This document shows, piece after piece, positions 60,699 to 64,000 of a DNA stretch of 64,000 nt. The number at the start of each line of letters is the position of its first letter. The stretch's first letter is position 1. Source of the DNA: an uncultured candidatus Porisulfidus sp. Lineage in GTDB: Bacteria; Pseudomonadota; Gammaproteobacteria; Poriferisulfidales; Oxydemutatoraceae. The position numbers and the translations under genes are program-made. The notes below the pieces were generated by a model that worked only from the letters and a program-made list of their open reading frames with translations, was not told the origin of the DNA and did not search any database. Location of the stretch: the NCBI GenBank assembly GCA_965215125.1, contig OZ244052.1:896001-960000 (forward strand), written 5' to 3'.

Positions 60699-61682
60699 AT
60701 GGATATCAAAGACCAATCAAACACTTCCTCGGAAGGCTCCAATCCGTCTTCCGATAACGAGCGGTGGGCGCAAAACACATTGCGTTCGCTGCTAGACGAT
60801 CATTTACAAGAGCAACGGCGGGCGAGGCGGTGGCGTATTTTTTACCGGCTACTAATCGTCGGTATCATTGTTGCATTGATCGTGTCGGTAGAGCCGCCTA
60901 GGGGTATGCAACCGACGATACTGGAGGAGCATACTGCGCTCGTCAAATTGGAAGGACCGATTATTGAAGGGACACCGGCTGCGGCGAAAGATATCATAGA
61001 GACTTTGCAGGAGGCGTACGAAACCGAAAATGCCAAAGCCGTTATCTTGCAGATTAATAGTCCGGGCGGTAGCCCCGTTCAGAGTGCTCAAATCAGCGAT
61101 GAGATTCTACGCTTGCGTTCCGAGTACACCGACAAGCCGTGCTATGTTGTCATTACCGATATCGGAGCATCGGGTGCTTATTATGTCGCTGCGGTTGCCG
61201 ACGGGATTTATGCCGACAAAGCGAGTTTGGTCGGTTCTATCGGTGTTATTTTTAACGGCTTCGGTTTGGTCGACGCAATCCATAAGTTGGGCATAGAACG
61301 GCGCGTGCAGAAGGCGGGAGAATATAAAGATATGCTCGATCCTTTTGCAGCGACCGATCCGATCGTGAAAGCGCATATGCAGAAGTTATTGGATCAAGTG
61401 CATCAACAATTTATCAGCCGTGTCAAGCAAGGCCGAGGCGACAAGCTCGCAACCGACAGTCGGTTATTTTCCGGTTTGATATGGACGGGCGAGGAAGCCA
61501 AGGAATTGGGTTTGATAGATAATTTTGCATCTGCCCAACAAGTTGCCAGAGAAGTCGTCGGAGTTGAAAAAATCGTGGTCTATCAGCCGCAGCAGAATCT
61601 CCTGGATAGGGTTGTCAACAGACTCGGTACCCGTATCGGCAACATGCTGTTATGGCGATTTCAAACGCCGTCTCTATATTAG
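60699..61682 (+). CDS. sppA: S49 signal peptide peptidase
   Basis: INSPGGS, ASGAYY, VGSIGV. Confidence 0.9.
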   Translation: MDIKDQSNTSSEGSNPSSDNERWAQNTLRSLLDDHLQEQRRARRWRIFYRLLIVGIIVALIVSVEPPRGMQPTILEEHTALVKLEGPIIEGTPAAAKDIIETLQEAYETENAKAVILQINSPGGSPVQSAQISDEILRLRSEYTDKPCYVVITDIGASGAYYVAAVADGIYADKASLVGSIGVIFNGFGLVDAIHKLGIERRVQKAGEYKDMLDPFAATDPIVKAHMQKLLDQVHQQFISRVKQGRGDKLATDSRLFSGLIWTGEEAKELGLIDNFASAQQVAREVVGVEKIVVYQPQQNLLDRVVNRLGTRIGNMLLWRFQTPSLY

Positions 61683-62278
61683 GATGCGACTAATAACGGC
61701 ACGCCGCTCTGCTCTAACATTCGCGAAAGCGTAATCAAGGGTAGCCCCAACATCGCACTCGGGTCGGTGCTTTCCATTCGCTCGCATAGCGCAATTCCCA
61801 AACCTTCGGAGCGATGGCTACCGCAACAATCAAAGGGTTGTTCTATACGCACATAAGCCTCCGCTTGGTCAGTGTTAAAAGCGCGGTAGTGTATGTGGGT
61901 CAGCACGCGCTCGTATTGGCAGTCTTGGTTTTCGGTATTGAGCAAGCACAAGCCGGTATGAAATATGACCTCTTTATCGGAACACATCGCAAGTTGCTTA
62001 CACGCTTGTTCGGCGTTGTCGGGTTTGCCGATGATATGACCGTCGACTTCGCCGCATTGATCGGAACCTATGATTAAAGCGTTTGGATAACCATTTGCTA
62101 CGGCGCGCGCTTTGGCACACGAAAGACGCTTTACTAGTTCCGCAGGCTGTTCGCCGTGATACGCCGTCTCGTCAACATCCGCCGCATGGGTTATAAAGTC
62201 AAGTTTCAGACGTTTCAACAGCTGATAGCGGGATTTAGAACCGGAAGCCAGTACGATAACAGGTTTTTGATCAGCCAT
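61679..62278 (-). CDS. Maf family nucleotide pyrophosphatase (YceF-like)
   Basis: VLASGSKSR, IGSDQ, GKP, GLPL. Confidence 0.92.
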   Translation of the reverse strand: MADQKPVIVLASGSKSRYQLLKRLKLDFITHAADVDETAYHGEQPAELVKRLSCAKARAVANGYPNALIIGSDQCGEVDGHIIGKPDNAEQACKQLAMCSDKEVIFHTGLCLLNTENQDCQYERVLTHIHYRAFNTDQAEAYVRIEQPFDCCGSHRSEGLGIALCERMESTDPSAMLGLPLITLSRMLEQSGVPLLVAS

Positions 62279-62416
62279 AATGAAGTTTACTAATTGAAAA
62301 GAGTGACATTGTACCTTACAAGCGCATTACATCAGCATAATGTTAAGGGTCTTAAATTGTTTTATACCAATTAGGGTTTTTATGAGATAATGAAATTTTA
62401 ATTTTGAGGAGTACCA

Positions 62417-62671
62417 ATGTCAGACATAGCTTTATACAATGTACTAACAAAGTTAGGTGTCAAGCGCGAGGGAGCGGAAAAAGCTGTGGCCGATGTTGTC
62501 GGTTCCAAAGAAGTAGCAACTAAGTCGGACTTGGCAAAACAGGAGGCGCGATTAATAGAAAAAATAGCGGATGCAAAAAACACAATGATTGTATGGGTTG
62601 TAGGCGTGAATGTCGCCATATTTTTAGGACTATCTGCGGTAATTTTCTCCGTTGTTGGTTTGTTAAAGTAA
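62417..62671 (+). CDS. Small DUF1640-like coiled-coil protein with C-terminal TM
   Basis: GAGGAG RBS; VATKSDL motif; hydrophobic C-terminus. Confidence 0.7.
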   Translation: MSDIALYNVLTKLGVKREGAEKAVADVVGSKEVATKSDLAKQEARLIEKIADAKNTMIVWVVGVNVAIFLGLSAVIFSVVGLLK

Positions 62672-62729
62672 TCCTGGTTGTGGTTTTCATGAATAATGCC
62701 TTCGCAGAATTGCAGAGGAGAGGCTATTG

Positions 62730-62845
62730 AGTAGCCGACTATTGCCGAGTAACCCTGCTACTTGTTCCGAATAATCGTTCCTTGTTGCAGTAGCACAAGT
62801 GTCGGTTCTATTGTGCGATACCAATACTTTTTCAACAGCCCCCCA
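62730..62845. repeat. REP/MITE module
   Basis: AATAATCGTTCCTTGTTGCAGTAGCACAAG and CTTTTTCAACAGCCCC as in other clusters. Confidence 0.8.
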
Positions 62846-62874
62846 TAATCTAATTGGATCCTTACGCTAAATAA

Positions 62875-63663
62875 ATGTCTTCACAACTTCATATTGCCGA
62901 GAAAGCGGCACTTGCCGCCGGTGGCATTATTGCTCGCAATGCTAATTTCATAAACAAAATTGATATCAAACATAAATCGGTCAACAATCCGGTCAGTAGC
63001 GTAGACCTTGCTTGCGAGCAGGAAATCATAAAGATCATCCAAAAAGCATATCCGCAACATTCAATCATGACCGAGGAAAGCGGTTTATTGGATAACGATC
63101 CGGAATGGCAGTGGGTGGTAGATCCTTTAGACGGCACGACCAACTTTATCAGAGGATTCCCGCATTGTGCGGTGTCTATCGCCTTAAAACATAAGGGCTT
63201 GGTAATTCTGGGTGTAATATACGATCCTTTTAAGAATGAATTATTTGCAGCGGCAAAGGGTGAAGGGGCGACCTTAAATAGGCGGCGGATACGTGTTTCC
63301 GACCATGCACGGTTGGCAGGGGCAATGTTGGGAACCGGCCTTCCTTTTAGGTTGGATCAAAATGTAGAACACGATATAGAAGTGCTGAACACGCTACTAA
63401 AGGAAAATGTGCATGTGCGTCGCGCAGGAGCTGCTGCTTTGGATATGGCTTATGTCGCTTGCGGACGTTTTGACGGATTTTGGGAGTTTGGTTTATCGCC
63501 GTGGGATATCGCCGCCGGAGAAATTATTGTCAAAGAGGCGGGTGGCTTGGTGGGGAAAACCAGCGGTGGTGTAAAACATTTAAGCTCTGGTAACATATTA
63601 GCTGCTAACGCAAAGCTGTTTAAGACCATTTTGGCAAAAATAAGCATGCTCAAAAGTGTTTAG
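62875..63663 (+). CDS. suhB: Inositol monophosphatase SuhB
   Basis: WVVDPLDGTTNF, RRAGAAALD, WDIAAG. Confidence 0.95.
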   Translation: MSSQLHIAEKAALAAGGIIARNANFINKIDIKHKSVNNPVSSVDLACEQEIIKIIQKAYPQHSIMTEESGLLDNDPEWQWVVDPLDGTTNFIRGFPHCAVSIALKHKGLVILGVIYDPFKNELFAAAKGEGATLNRRRIRVSDHARLAGAMLGTGLPFRLDQNVEHDIEVLNTLLKENVHVRRAGAAALDMAYVACGRFDGFWEFGLSPWDIAAGEIIVKEAGGLVGKTSGGVKHLSSGNILAANAKLFKTILAKISMLKSV

Positions 63664-63698
63664 TGCATAGAGAAAATTACAAGTTTTAGAGATTTTAG

Positions 63699-64000
63699 AT
63701 GACAACACAAACTTCCGAAATAACGTTGCGGCATTGCATACAAAAGGTTGCAACAGGTCCCGAATATAGCAAAGATTTGAACTTTGAAGAATCGTATTCG
63801 GCAATGAGGCAAATACTAGATGATGCGGTAGACCCGGTGCAAGCGGGTGTTTTTCTGATTGCACTGAGAATGAAGCGAGAAACCCAAGACGAGAACAAAG
63901 GTGCATTACAAGCTATTCGAGAAACAATGGATATTGTTCCGGCTCCCGTTAAAACCGTTTTGGATATTGCCGATCCGTACGATGGATTTCTACGGCATTT
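63699..64000 (+). CDS. Anthranilate phosphoribosyltransferase-like (YbiB-type) protein, 3'-truncated by window edge
   Basis: Manual translation MTTQTSEITLRHCIQKVATGPEYSKDL...QAGVFLIALRMKRET...DPYDG. Confidence 0.75.
   Translation, partial: MTTQTSEITLRHCIQKVATGPEYSKDLNFEESYSAMRQILDDAVDPVQAGVFLIALRMKRETQDENKGALQAIRETMDIVPAPVKTVLDIADPYDGFLRH

Overview
Chromosomal window of a gammaproteobacterium. The housekeeping blocks are rpoZ-spoT-rid-recG, metG-rnfA-rnfB, rluC-sppA-maf and suhB. The many repeats, the IS load and the eukaryote-like genes suggest a host-associated lifestyle, but that is inference. The first ~35 kb is a lanthanide/PQQ alcohol-oxidation island. It holds xoxF-xoxG-xoxJ, a rhodanese-like gene, pqqABCDE followed by a prolyl aminopeptidase, and an aldehyde dehydrogenase with acs. 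It also holds a PedA1A2BC-type ABC transporter led by an extremely acidic outer-membrane beta-barrel, and a divergent operon with an uncharacterised ExbB/ExbD-like motor plus DsbC. Intergenic DNA is filled with nested palindromic REP/MITE modules that serve as IS landing pads. One intact IS110 element has bridge-RNA target and donor guides that can be read directly from the sequence and match the GTAG-REP it sits in. A second, IS1111-type element sits in another REP and was itself inactivated by an IS1380. The two IS1380 copies are near-identical and both inserted at TGGCA(GGC). The right half carries an RnfB::RnfC fusion, an orphan DNA methyltransferase, and a CLCA-like surface metalloprotease behind a poly-C phase-variable promoter. 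It also has a GHKL ATPase preceded by a duplicated rpoZ promoter/leader, an atypical PurD and a NodZ-like fucosyltransferase. No rRNA, tRNA or CRISPR array was seen.
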